Origin: an uncultured bacterium
GTDB lineage: Bacteria; Pseudomonadota; Gammaproteobacteria; Burkholderiales; SG8-39
Assembly: GCA_965233125.1 (NCBI GenBank)
Contig: CBDDRQ010000030.1
Span: 16,419 to 80,418 of the forward strand
DNA: 64,000 nt
Direction of reading: 5' to 3'
Each line of letters begins with the position of its first letter. Position 1 is the first letter of the stretch. Below the pieces are notes generated by a model that was not told the origin of the DNA, did no database searches, and was given only the letters and a program-made list of their open reading frames with translations. Positions 19,801 to 29,475 of this stretch are shown piece after piece. Made by a program: the position numbers and the translations under genes.

Positions 19801-20240
19801 CGCTGCCAGATCGAGAGCGGCTTACCGTCCTCGCCTGTGATCTCAGTAGGCGCGTAGTCGCCCCAGCGGACGGTCACCATCAGCTCGCGCGCCGCCTTCG
19901 CGACCAAGAAGCTTAGGCCCATCGACGATGGGAAATAGCCCTTCTTCGCTGACTTGCGCTCCTCGCTCGACTCCTCAGCAAGCCCAGCTGTTTCCGGAAC
20001 AACCTCGAAGTCGTCGTCCTCGTCAGCGTCGGCGCTCTTCTCAGCTGGCATGTCCGAGGGAATCAGGAAACCAGTCAGGTACCAGTTCGATGGACGCACC
20101 CAGCCTGGCAACCGCTCCGCCACAAAGGCGTGCCCCGCCCACGGACCGACAAGGTCGAGCCGAAGCGCTTCAATCAATCGCTCGCGGACCTCCAGGGAGG
20201 TGCCGGTTTTCTCGGGATCACCTCGGTTCATGGTCGTCAT
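16833..20240 (-). CDS. drmA: DISARM DrmA (large SF2 helicase)
   Basis: Walker A [14 protein letters not shown], DExH box [14 protein letters not shown], C-terminal lobe [31 protein letters not shown]. 1135 aa. Sits between the methylase and the DUF1998 gene. Confidence 0.85.
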   Translation of the reverse strand: [1135 protein letters not shown]

Positions 20241-23200
20241 AAGAAGAGATCATCTTTGTTGTCGATATCGCGCCTCGCGGATTGCACCGCCTTCTTGCGC
20301 CCTTTCTTTCCCACCGCGGCGCCGGCGCGCGCCTCTGCGCGCGCGCGCTCGGCGTTGAGCTCGAGCAACCGTGCGAGCACCTCAGCCTGCACGTCGTCCG
20401 ACCAACGGTAGCGATACGACACGCCCGGCTCATCTTGTGCGGCGCTACTGGACTCCTCTGCGTAGAAGTCGCTGCGTACCTGCACATCGGCCCAACCGTA
20501 CGCATTGAGCGCGGCTTGGTCGATTGCCGCGTGAAGCCCACGAAGCGCCTGCATCCTGGAGTCTCGCTCATTCGGATCATGGAATCGATTGTATGTTTTG
20601 GTGATTCCCTGGTTCGTGTCGTTCATCAGCTGTGTACGGTACTGGTCGTATGCCTCGCCTGCCGCCATGAGTGCTTCATTCGTTGACCACTCCAGGGGAA
20701 ATGGAAGTGTTTCAAAGCAATCTGACGCTGAATATCGCAGCGTGTCTCCCAGCGACGAAGTCAAGAGACGTGCCCATTCCTCATGCAGGCGGCTCTGTAG
20801 CAGGGCAAAGGCAGCGTAAGAATCGTAGAGAAAAACACAAAGTTCTTTGCTAAAGGTTCGATGCGATGGCTGAAAAGAAACAGCGATGTGCTTCGTTACC
20901 TGAGCCGTCACTAACACTCTGTCCATTCTCTTACGAGCCTCGAGAATTCCATGAGCCTGCCCAGCGAAGAGCCACCACCGCGCCTTTCGAGAACGGGCCG
21001 CTGCGCTATCGTCTCTAAGCCGCATCCTTTCGGGCCGCACTCTCTCTTCTACGATCTTGAGAAGGTCCGGCCACCTTTGCGCTTCCTCTAATGTCATGTC
21101 ACGGAAATTAATGACGTATCTCGACGAGGACTGATGGGGATGCGTATTCACATCGCTACCCCCGATATATGACTCCAGCGCCATGGCGTTCGATGCATCT
21201 GATCGCACAAGCTCGGCGTACTCTTCCTCGTTCACGACGAAACCTGCGCCGTGAGTCGTGACTCCAAATAGTGCAAGGCCAACATTGCTTGCAAGCCGTT
21301 GCGGGTCCACCTCGTCAGTTGCGGGCAAAAGCCTAGAGCTAATACCAGGAACGAGCTTCCCATCCAGTTTGCTGACAGTGGGGATCGCGTGAGCCAGAAG
21401 GTGGATGACGCAGAACGCTACACTTGCGGCCCCGGGCCATCTGGTACTTGTTGTGGCGCTGTAGATCGTGAAATCGCGCTGCAAAAGCCAACGTAGGCCG
21501 GTGGTGCGTGTATCCCCTTGGGCGATAGTTTTAGTGGCCACCAGTCCGAGGGTTCCCCGACCTCTAAGGATGGAGGCCGACCTTCTAAAGAAGTACGCAG
21601 ACAGGTCAGCGTTGCCGTTGGCCCCCTCGTACTGATTCAATAGCCAGTCGCGGTATTGCTCGCCTAATGCAGCCGAGATGCCAATTCCGCCGAGGAATGG
21701 TGGATTGCCCACAATGCAATCGAACCCTCCATTGTCCCGCTGGAACGCCTCGGTGAATTCAATCTCCCAGTGGAACGACGTGAGCGGTGGAGAAGCGTGT
21801 CGGCGATTTTCCAGCCAACTGCGAAAACCCTCGGCATCGCCGCTCATTACGGCGTTCGCGAACTCCAGGCGCTTCGCGTCCCGCTCCTTTAGGTTATCCG
21901 CTTGGAACCAGGCCGCCAACACCAAATCGCCGAGCAGGCGAACCTTGCTCAGCTCGGCTTGGGCCTCGTCCCAAAGGTCTCGCAGCTCCTGATCCGTGAC
22001 GGCCTCGCCCGCCTCCTGAATCCGCTGCCGAAGCGCCGTAACCTTGGCCAAGTGCTCGCGCGCCTTCATTGCCTCTAGGCCTGCCTGAAAGCGCGGAGCG
22101 TCGGCCTCCCAGTGGAACGCTTCGATTTGCCGCCGGGAGAGCCCCACCAACGAGTCGCCGTGACGGAGCGCATGGTCCACGAACGTAAGGGCGTGGTCCC
22201 TGGCCAGCGTCGCTAGCCAGAGCGACATCTTGGCGAGGTCTACGGCCACCGGATTGCGGTCCACGCCGTACAGGCAGCGCTGGACGACAAGCCGCCGGGC
22301 AAAGACGACTTCGTCCTCGTCGAGCGGGATTGCGGGCCGTGCATCGTGCGCTCGCCATGCCTCGACGAGGGCATCAGCCAAGTATCGGCATGCCTCGACG
22401 AGGAACGCGCCCGACCCCATCGCCGGATCGCAGACCTTGAGATCGAGGATTGCCTCCGGTCGCGGCGGCCTGCCGTCATCCTCGCGCAGGCGAGCCAAGA
22501 CCGGATCGAGGGTCGTACGAACGATTGGCTCGGTTAGCTCCCGCGGAGTGTAGTGAGAGCCTGAACGGCGGCGCTCCTCGCTCGGCTGCAGCACCATCGC
22601 GCCTCGAGGCACGAGGTCCGGCGTGGCCGCTTGGTCGATCACGGGCACCAGGGCTGCATGCAGATCCTCGAGCGTGGCCGCCGCCTCGACTGCCTTCTTA
22701 ACGGTGTCGGTGAGCTTGCGGTCGGCGTGGGTCTGTATCCACTTCGCGCGGTTCGCACCGGCTTCGGCGAGCAGCGCCTCGAGGTTCAGCACCGTCGGAG
22801 CGCCCTGCTTCTTTTGCGCTTTGACGGCCACCGAAGGACCTTTGGCGGTCTCCAGGCGGAAGCCCATCATCGTCTCGTAGACCGAGCCGATCTGCTCGAC
22901 ATCTAAAGCGCGGTATGAAATGCGCTCGCCGTCGAGCACAAGCAGCTTCTCGAGGGCGCGGTAGATCGTGCCGTCGGGCACGAGAGGTGGCTCGATCCCA
23001 TCGTGGACGTGGCGCGCGTTGCCAGTCGTGCGCCCTTCGAGGAAGGGAAAGCGATCAGGATCGAACAGTACTCCGTGGCGCGGCGGCAGGTGCATGCCCG
23101 TTGCATCGGCTCCGTCGTGGACCATGCGGAAGAGCGCCACGAGTTGCGCCCAGGCACCGAAGCGCTGATCCATCGTATCGGGGTACAGCGCGGCGTCCTC

Positions 23201-24220
23201 GCGTAGACGCTCATGAAGGCCGGCGAGGGAGTAATAGCGCAGAAAAGTCTCCTGCTCCGGAAGCATGTCTCGCTCCTCGGCGTAGAGCAGGAACACAAGA
23301 CGCAGGATCACGGTGAGTAGCGCGCGATACACCTCGTCGGGGTGCTCGGCGAGGACCTGCCGCAGCAGCTCTCCCTTCGATGCATCATGTGCCATCTGAA
23401 AACCGCGTAGCAGTTCGTAGAGCGCGTGCAGCACCTGCTCGGCGAGTTTTTCCGAGACCTCGTTCTGGAACTTGCGGCTGTCTGCAAGCAGCGCGGCGAG
23501 CCGCTGGTGGCGTGGCCGCGTAAGCAGGCTCTGCTCCGAGAGAAGGAGCCGCAGCGCACTTACGATTGGCCGCCCCGCGGTCTGAACCATGTCGGCCATG
23601 CGGAAGTCGAGCCAGCCCGAGGACTCGCCGCGCGGCGCCGATACGAGGCGGAGCGCACGGCCGTTTACGAGCAACCCGGCAGGCACACCCGTATGGCGCA
23701 GCAGGCGCTCCATGCTGGAGTGCGGCGAGAGGTAGAGTCGTCCGCCGCCACGACTCTCCTCGTCGAACCCCTCACCGGGGACCACGCGCACGAGGAGCTG
23801 CCAGGATGACGCTCCATTCGGGGGCTCGAGCTCTCGCACGGCGTAGTCGGGCCGCAGTGTCCCCCCCGCATCAGGGAGCGGCAGCTCGAGTTCCGAAGGA
23901 ATCGGGCATTCGGGCGTTCCGGCGTAGCCCTTCGGCGAGAAGCGCCAGCCAAGCACCGTGCTGGCGAAGGCACGGAAATCGGTGATGTGCGCATCGGCAT
24001 GCAGGTCGCTGCCGTAACGTGGCGATGGTTCGCGCACACGATTGGCGATGCCTTCGGCGTCGCCGGCGCATGCGAGCAGGCGCCGCTGCCCTTCGGCGTC
24101 GCGCTGGTCGAGGATGGCTCCTGCGCGCACCAGAGCAGGAGCCGAGACTACGAGGCCTGTGGGTCGGACGAAGCCGAGCCACTCGAGGTGAGAAAGGATC
24201 TGTGGGTCGAGCTTCGCCAC
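20237..24220 (-). CDS. drmMI: DISARM DrmMI (N6-adenine DNA methyltransferase, Eco57I/type IIG-like)
   Basis: SAM motif I VCDPAMGSGAFLVEA and catalytic motif IV IVGNPPFLGG. 1327 aa. GTG start 3 nt after the drmD stop. Confidence 0.85.
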   Translation of the reverse strand: MAKLDPQILSHLEWLGFVRPTGLVVSAPALVRAGAILDQRDAEGQRRLLACAGDAEGIANRVREPSPRYGSDLHADAHITDFRAFASTVLGWRFSPKGYAGTPECPIPSELELPLPDAGGTLRPDYAVRELEPPNGASSWQLLVRVVPGEGFDEESRGGGRLYLSPHSSMERLLRHTGVPAGLLVNGRALRLVSAPRGESSGWLDFRMADMVQTAGRPIVSALRLLLSEQSLLTRPRHQRLAALLADSRKFQNEVSEKLAEQVLHALYELLRGFQMAHDASKGELLRQVLAEHPDEVYRALLTVILRLVFLLYAEERDMLPEQETFLRYYSLAGLHERLREDAALYPDTMDQRFGAWAQLVALFRMVHDGADATGMHLPPRHGVLFDPDRFPFLEGRTTGNARHVHDGIEPPLVPDGTIYRALEKLLVLDGERISYRALDVEQIGSVYETMMGFRLETAKGPSVAVKAQKKQGAPTVLNLEALLAEAGANRAKWIQTHADRKLTDTVKKAVEAAATLEDLHAALVPVIDQAATPDLVPRGAMVLQPSEERRRSGSHYTPRELTEPIVRTTLDPVLARLREDDGRPPRPEAILDLKVCDPAMGSGAFLVEACRYLADALVEAWRAHDARPAIPLDEDEVVFARRLVVQRCLYGVDRNPVAVDLAKMSLWLATLARDHALTFVDHALRHGDSLVGLSRRQIEAFHWEADAPRFQAGLEAMKAREHLAKVTALRQRIQEAGEAVTDQELRDLWDEAQAELSKVRLLGDLVLAAWFQADNLKERDAKRLEFANAVMSGDAEGFRSWLENRRHASPPLTSFHWEIEFTEAFQRDNGGFDCIVGNPPFLGGIGISAALGEQYRDWLLNQYEGANGNADLSAYFFRRSASILRGRGTLGLVATKTIAQGDTRTTGLRWLLQRDFTIYSATTSTRWPGAASVAFCVIHLLAHAIPTVSKLDGKLVPGISSRLLPATDEVDPQRLASNVGLALFGVTTHGAGFVVNEEEYAELVRSDASNAMALESYIGGSDVNTHPHQSSSRYVINFRDMTLEEAQRWPDLLKIVEERVRPERMRLRDDSAAARSRKARWWLFAGQAHGILEARKRMDRVLVTAQVTKHIAVSFQPSHRTFSKELCVFLYDSYAAFALLQSRLHEEWARLLTSSLGDTLRYSASDCFETLPFPLEWSTNEALMAAGEAYDQYRTQLMNDTNQGITKTYNRFHDPNERDSRMQALRGLHAAIDQAALNAYGWADVQVRSDFYAEESSSAAQDEPGVSYRYRWSDDVQAEVLARLLELNAERARAEARAGAAVGKKGRKKAVQSARRDIDNKDDLFL

Positions 24221-24223
24221 GGC

Positions 24224-27200
24224 TCAGTTGCTCTCCGGCCAGAGGTAGACGAGGCCTACCGGCTCGATGCGCCGCGCCTTCACCTCGTAGAAGCTGCGAA
24301 GGCGGGCGGGCTCGTCAGCGAGGTCGCGGTCGAACTGCGCGAGGCGGCCCCTCCACGATCGCACGTCAGCTTCGAGCTGGCGCTTCTCTTCCTCGTCAAA
24401 GCCGAGGGTCAGCTGACGAAAGTCCTGCTTCTCGTACTTTTCCAGCTGCTCGCGGACTCGCTCTCGTTGACGCTCGAGCGTCTCGCGCAGCTCACGCGCT
24501 TCCCGTTCGCCGCGTTCCCCTAGCTTCTGCACTGCCGCGTCCGCCCATTCGGCGGCGCGCGGCTCGAGACTCGGCAGCAGGTCCGCGATATCGCGTGCAG
24601 CCGTTGCCAGTAGTTTCCGCTGAACGACTTCACTAGGAGCGCGGCCACCCGTCTCACTCAGCGAGCGCTCCAGCATTTCAAGCGTCTTCGCTTCAGCCTC
24701 GCGCGCGTACGCCTCGAGCGCTCCCTTGCGCTGGCCAGGCTCGATCCAGCGGGCCGTGACCGGGACGAGTTCCTCGTGCAGCCGCTCCGCGCCGCGGCCA
24801 TACAGCGAGAGTCGTCCGAGCAGGATCACGCGCGGAATCGCGTCCCGAGTCTGCGCGAGACAGGCGCGCGATAGATCCAGGTGGACGAAGCCTTGGGCTC
24901 TGAAGCGCGCGAGCAGGCGCTGGGCAACGCGCTGCTCCAGATGGAGGTGCACGGTATCCTCGGTGAGGATTCCCGCGTCCTCGAAAACGACGGGCCGAAT
25001 CGGCGCCTCTCGACGCCATTCGGCGAGCTTCTGATTGCTCGCGCGTGGTGTACGTAGGGTATCCAGCGTGGCTGCCCAGCTCGGATCGGCGCCGGCGCGT
25101 CGGTCGAGCGACGGAAAGGCATACGCAGGACGCCCGTACACATCTGTCGTCTCAGCGAGCGGCGGGGCGCCGAGAAGCTCGAGCGAGCACGAGAGTGCGT
25201 CGCGGAATGACGCCGGGTCGAAGCCGGTCGCGGAGCGCGATTTGTCGAGTAGGTTACGGCAGCGCTCGATCTGGGCCTCAAGTTCGGCTCGACGTTCACT
25301 GTTTGCCTCGAGTTCCTCCTCGACAACGCGCTTACGCGCAGCGTCGAGGTCGGCGGCTTCGATCTCGTTAGCGAGGCGCTCCGCGTCCCGGTGGCGGATG
25401 CCCTGACCGAGCCGGCGCTCGATGTCGTCGTCGATCACCTTCGAGAGACTGCCCAGCTCTCTCTTAATCGTTTCGGTCTTGCGGATGAGCACTTCGAGAA
25501 CCCGGTCCTCGGTGCGCTGAGGCAACACGAAGTAGTGGCAGCGCACTTCGGGCGCTGGCTGGAGTTTTCGGTCGATGCGGCCGTTGCGCTGCTCGATGCG
25601 CCCTGGGTTCCAGGGAAGATCGAAGTGGAAGAGGTCCGCGCAGTGCGCCTGGAAGTTGAGTCCCTCGCGCGCGGCGTCCGTCGCGAGCAGGATGCGCAAT
25701 GGGTCTTTGCTTGGGTCAGTGTTGAAGCGGCGCTGAATCTCCTTGCGGCGCGTACTGCTGGTCAGGCCATCTATCACCTCTATGCGCTCCTCCGCGCGTT
25801 CAGTGCCCTCGATCGCCTGCTCGAGGATCTGCTTGAGGTGGCGCTTGGTGCCCTCACGATTCTCCGTGAATATGAGGACCCGGCGGTGCAGCCATGCCGG
25901 GGGCTTGCCTTGCGGGCGCTGCCCAAACGGCGGCAGGCCGGGACACAGATGCTCGCGTATCCAGTCGAGGAGGTACCGCGTCTTAGCGTCTGGCAGATGC
26001 CGATTCCGCTCGGCGATTTCCTGCATCCGGTCGAGCAGCACTTTCTCGCGATGCCACAGAGCCTCTGACGTGGAATCGCGCGCCGACCCGGACTCGGCCG
26101 CGCTGGTGATCGCCTCGATTTCCGTCGTCTCCTCGGCCTCGACTTCTTCTAATGACCACGAGGCGCGCTCGTCATCCGCGTCTGGCGCATGTGTGAAGAG
26201 CGCCGCCGATTCAGCACCGGCCTCGGTCGCCGCGGCCGGTCCGCCCTTCTCCCAATGCCGCTCGACCGTCGCGCGGTGGACCTTCAGGCTGCGCGCGAAG
26301 GCTTCAATGGAGGAGAGAAGCCGCTGCTGGAGTCCGACCACGAGCAGACCCGCTGTCGCCTGCGCGCGCTTCGACGTCTTGGCAAAGCGCTCTTCACGTG
26401 CACTGCGGTACTCGTCGAGGAGGCGGGAGAGGGCAAGCTCCGGGGCGTCGGCGGCGAGGCCGTCGATCGGAATGCGGACGATGTGCCGCCGCGGGAAGCC
26501 GCCTTGAACGGCGCGGATGTCTTCCTTGAGGCGCCGCACCATGATTTCCTCGAGGGCCTTCGGCCGTAGTTTCACCCCGCGCGTGAATCGATAGGGATCT
26601 AGGATCTCCATCAGCGTCGAGAAGCTGTTCGAGTGTCCGTTGTGGGGCGTTGCGGACAGGAACAAACGGTGCTCGAAGCGGCCGGCCAGGTCGTGGATCG
26701 CGCGGGTAAATTTGGTCTCGATGCCATAGCGACCGCCGCTGGCCGGCGCCGCATGATGCGCTTCGTCCAGGATGAGCAGACTCCCTGGCAGCAGCGTGCC
26801 CAGCCACTCGCGCAACGGATCGGCGTACGCAGGGTCGATCAGCAGGTTGTGCGAGACCAGGAACCGGCTGTGCGTGCGCCAGGGGTTTATGCCGAACCCG
26901 CGCTCCCGCCGCATCCGCGCGACATACGCGCGATCCAAGATTTCGAACACGAGACCGAAGCGCTCTTCGAGCTCGGCTTTCCACTGCTCAAGCACCGACG
27001 CCGGAGTGGCGACGACTATCGTCTTCGCCTTGCGCCGCAGCAGTAATTCCCGCGCGATGAGACCCGCCTCGATCGTCTTGCCGAGGCCTGTATCGTCGGC
27101 GATAAATAACGCGACGCGCGGCAACCGCAGCGCTTTCCGCAATGGCTCCATCTGATAAGCGTCGATCTTGATTCCCGCACGGAACGGCGACTGGAAGAGG

Positions 27201-27526
27201 TTGGGGTCGGTCGCCGTAACGCAGTTCCAGCGGAGCGTGTGCAGGAAAGCCGCGAACCGACGAGGCGGGTCGAATCCCTTCGTGGCTAGGTCCTTCCAGC
27301 CTTCTTCCTCCACGATGCGACGATCAAGCTCGTACTCCCAGAACACGTCGAGGGCCCGGCCCTGGGCGTCGTCGTCCGCGCAAGCAAGTCGAACGAGCGA
27401 AGATTGGCCCGGCGCGCTCGGCTCCACAACCTCCTCCACAAGCCATCGGCGGGAGCGCAAATGAACCAGCTCCCCGATGCGCGGTGGACGGCTAGGCAAT
27501 GGACCTCTTGCGGGTACCGCGCTCAT
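24224..27526 (-). CDS. drmD: DISARM DrmD (SNF2-family helicase)
   Basis: IADDTGLGKTIEAG, LILDEAHHAAP, DLPWNPGRIEQRNGRIDR. 1100 aa. First gene of the class 1 order. Confidence 0.85.
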   Translation of the reverse strand: MSAVPARGPLPSRPPRIGELVHLRSRRWLVEEVVEPSAPGQSSLVRLACADDDAQGRALDVFWEYELDRRIVEEEGWKDLATKGFDPPRRFAAFLHTLRWNCVTATDPNLFQSPFRAGIKIDAYQMEPLRKALRLPRVALFIADDTGLGKTIEAGLIARELLLRRKAKTIVVATPASVLEQWKAELEERFGLVFEILDRAYVARMRRERGFGINPWRTHSRFLVSHNLLIDPAYADPLREWLGTLLPGSLLILDEAHHAAPASGGRYGIETKFTRAIHDLAGRFEHRLFLSATPHNGHSNSFSTLMEILDPYRFTRGVKLRPKALEEIMVRRLKEDIRAVQGGFPRRHIVRIPIDGLAADAPELALSRLLDEYRSAREERFAKTSKRAQATAGLLVVGLQQRLLSSIEAFARSLKVHRATVERHWEKGGPAAATEAGAESAALFTHAPDADDERASWSLEEVEAEETTEIEAITSAAESGSARDSTSEALWHREKVLLDRMQEIAERNRHLPDAKTRYLLDWIREHLCPGLPPFGQRPQGKPPAWLHRRVLIFTENREGTKRHLKQILEQAIEGTERAEERIEVIDGLTSSTRRKEIQRRFNTDPSKDPLRILLATDAAREGLNFQAHCADLFHFDLPWNPGRIEQRNGRIDRKLQPAPEVRCHYFVLPQRTEDRVLEVLIRKTETIKRELGSLSKVIDDDIERRLGQGIRHRDAERLANEIEAADLDAARKRVVEEELEANSERRAELEAQIERCRNLLDKSRSATGFDPASFRDALSCSLELLGAPPLAETTDVYGRPAYAFPSLDRRAGADPSWAATLDTLRTPRASNQKLAEWRREAPIRPVVFEDAGILTEDTVHLHLEQRVAQRLLARFRAQGFVHLDLSRACLAQTRDAIPRVILLGRLSLYGRGAERLHEELVPVTARWIEPGQRKGALEAYAREAEAKTLEMLERSLSETGGRAPSEVVQRKLLATAARDIADLLPSLEPRAAEWADAAVQKLGERGEREARELRETLERQRERVREQLEKYEKQDFRQLTLGFDEEEKRQLEADVRSWRGRLAQFDRDLADEPARLRSFYEVKARRIEPVGLVYLWPESN

Positions 27527-27590
27527 AGTCGGTAGCCGAATTGGCGCTCCATCTCATCCTTCCCCATAGTTAGAATTTCCGCCCTTAACC

Positions 27591-29459
27591 TCAAAGCTGA
27601 GGCCGGATGCTGTTCAGGTATTCGTGCTTCGTCAGCCCGAAATGATGCAGCAAGGACCTGAAGACGCCAACGCTAACAGGATCTCGCCGCGGAAGCGGAA
27701 AGCCGCGTCCATCTGTCCCTTGCCAGAATTCATGGCTACCCTTACCGCGTGCTGGAATGTGTTGATAACCGAAATGTCGTAGTACACGCTGAGCTTCAGC
27801 GCGCGATGGCGCTGAAAAAAACGCATCGGCCAATAGGCTCCTTCCGACCACCCACGTTGGGATGTATCGGTCCAACAGCTCGAAAGGGAGCGGTCCCTGG
27901 AGGCTACCCTCCAATGGAAGCGGCCGTCCCTTTACCTCTCCAGCCGGATTTCCAGTCGCGATTTGCCGTGCCAAGGTCCTCCACGTAAGCAAATCGCGGC
28001 CTTGTCTCCAGGCGGCGTAACCCTTAGGCGAAAAGTCGAGCCAACTCGCGACGATCTCCAGTACCTGCTGAAAACCTTGGTCGTCCTTAAGTAGACCGTG
28101 TACACCGCCGAAGTGCTCTCCTTGGCCTCTCAACCACTCGAAGGCAACGTAGTTAGCAAGAGCCTCCTCGAGGCACGCGTCACTGAGTTGAAAGGTCTTG
28201 TAAACCCCCTCGTGGTAGTTGCGGTAGCGGCCCCGAAGCACCTGAAGCTCGACATAAGTCGAGCATGCCTCTGCGCGGGCATGAAAGAGTTCATGACGCA
28301 GAACTAGCCCGAGCGAGACATGTACTCCCAGATGCAGCGGCCTGTAACTAAGGTGGCCCAAGTCTGAGGCGAATCCGCATGCCAGATCCAAAAGCCGATC
28401 AGCATGCAGGTATATCCCCCAGCTCGAGTCGTCGTAGCTGTGGAACGACTGATACCAGCCCACCGCCTCGAAGCCATCGGCCTTGACCACGCTTTTAGCG
28501 CGTCTGCCTCGTTCTTCCAGCTCATCGCGCGGCAACTCGATTTGCAGGTCTTCGAGTTGATTTCGCAGGGAGTCATGATCAAGAGCGCCGGTTTCCGGTG
28601 CAGTTGGCTGCAATGTGCCGGAACGATCCGGCGGCGTAACGCCAGCCAATCGTGGCCGGGCGAAAGCGCGCGGCACGGCGCGCTCTGCTGCAGCCTTGAG
28701 CTCTGACACAGTAGGTAAAGGACCGCGAGGTGTCCACGTGACAAGAGCGACCGACTTGTCCTGATCGCTCCGGAGGCGAAAGAGGTTATAGTTGCCGTCG
28801 CCGGCGGGTTGTATGGCGCTTGCTTCGAGCGCCTTTCTCAACGCCGTCTCGGGCGCTCGCTTCCTGGATTCCACCCATAAAGCGGGCGGAAAGCAGCCCT
28901 TGAGTTCTCGAGCGACAGGCGTGTTCGGAGCACGCTTGCCGTAGATAGGCTGCGTTTTCCCCATGATCTCCCGGACCGATTGCGGCGACGATTCGATCTG
29001 CCGCTTTTCAGCCGCGCGCTCCTCTTCCCATGATTTGTAGCGCTCCTCATACGCCTGCCAGATCTCGGCAGCCTTCTTGAGGGCACTAAGACAATCAGAA
29101 CCCAATATCCCCCTGCGTTGCTGCTCGCTGATAAGCAAGCACAACTTCTGCGAGTCCGGCAGCTCGTAGGCGCCATGCAGGAATATGTACGAAGCATTGC
29201 CCGGAATGCCGCCTAAGAGGCCCGAGGCGAGAGCGCGATAGATGGCAGCATCGAGCTCCCCTCCCAAGGCCGTAATCATCTTTGCATGCTCTTTGAGAGC
29301 GGGCGCCGTATGCCGGAGGCCCTGCGGCATGACCTGGATGTGTTGGTGAGTCGCGAGGAATTGAACTACGTGCAAGGCATCGAAAGAGACTCGGCAGGCC
29401 ACCATGCCGCCAAGGTCTGCCTCGCTGAACGCAGGCGTTATCCAGGACCGCTTTTCCAT
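27591..29459 (-). CDS. 622-aa protein with an HExxH (putative metallopeptidase-like) motif and a C-terminal HicA-like domain
   Basis: VLRHELFHARAE, followed about 45 residues later by CLEEALANYV. The last ~70 aa, AEAQRVLRHFGYQHIPARGKGSHEFWQGTDGRGFPLPRRDPVSVGVFRSLLHHFGLTKHEY, match the HicA toxin pattern including GSH. Confidence 0.65.
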   Translation of the reverse strand: MEKRSWITPAFSEADLGGMVACRVSFDALHVVQFLATHQHIQVMPQGLRHTAPALKEHAKMITALGGELDAAIYRALASGLLGGIPGNASYIFLHGAYELPDSQKLCLLISEQQRRGILGSDCLSALKKAAEIWQAYEERYKSWEEERAAEKRQIESSPQSVREIMGKTQPIYGKRAPNTPVARELKGCFPPALWVESRKRAPETALRKALEASAIQPAGDGNYNLFRLRSDQDKSVALVTWTPRGPLPTVSELKAAAERAVPRAFARPRLAGVTPPDRSGTLQPTAPETGALDHDSLRNQLEDLQIELPRDELEERGRRAKSVVKADGFEAVGWYQSFHSYDDSSWGIYLHADRLLDLACGFASDLGHLSYRPLHLGVHVSLGLVLRHELFHARAEACSTYVELQVLRGRYRNYHEGVYKTFQLSDACLEEALANYVAFEWLRGQGEHFGGVHGLLKDDQGFQQVLEIVASWLDFSPKGYAAWRQGRDLLTWRTLARQIATGNPAGEVKGRPLPLEGSLQGPLPFELLDRYIPTWVVGRSLLADAFFSAPSRAEAQRVLRHFGYQHIPARGKGSHEFWQGTDGRGFPLPRRDPVSVGVFRSLLHHFGLTKHEYLNSIRPQL

Positions 29460-29475
29460 TCCCTTCCCCGCCTAT

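Noticed and set aside
8983-27526. Treating the plus-strand PLD/helicase cassette as part of DISARM (for example a class 2-like extension)
   Set aside because: The minus-strand array already contains the full class 1 gene set. The cassette is convergently transcribed and carries its own PLD and SNF2-type genes, so it is reported as a separate candidate.
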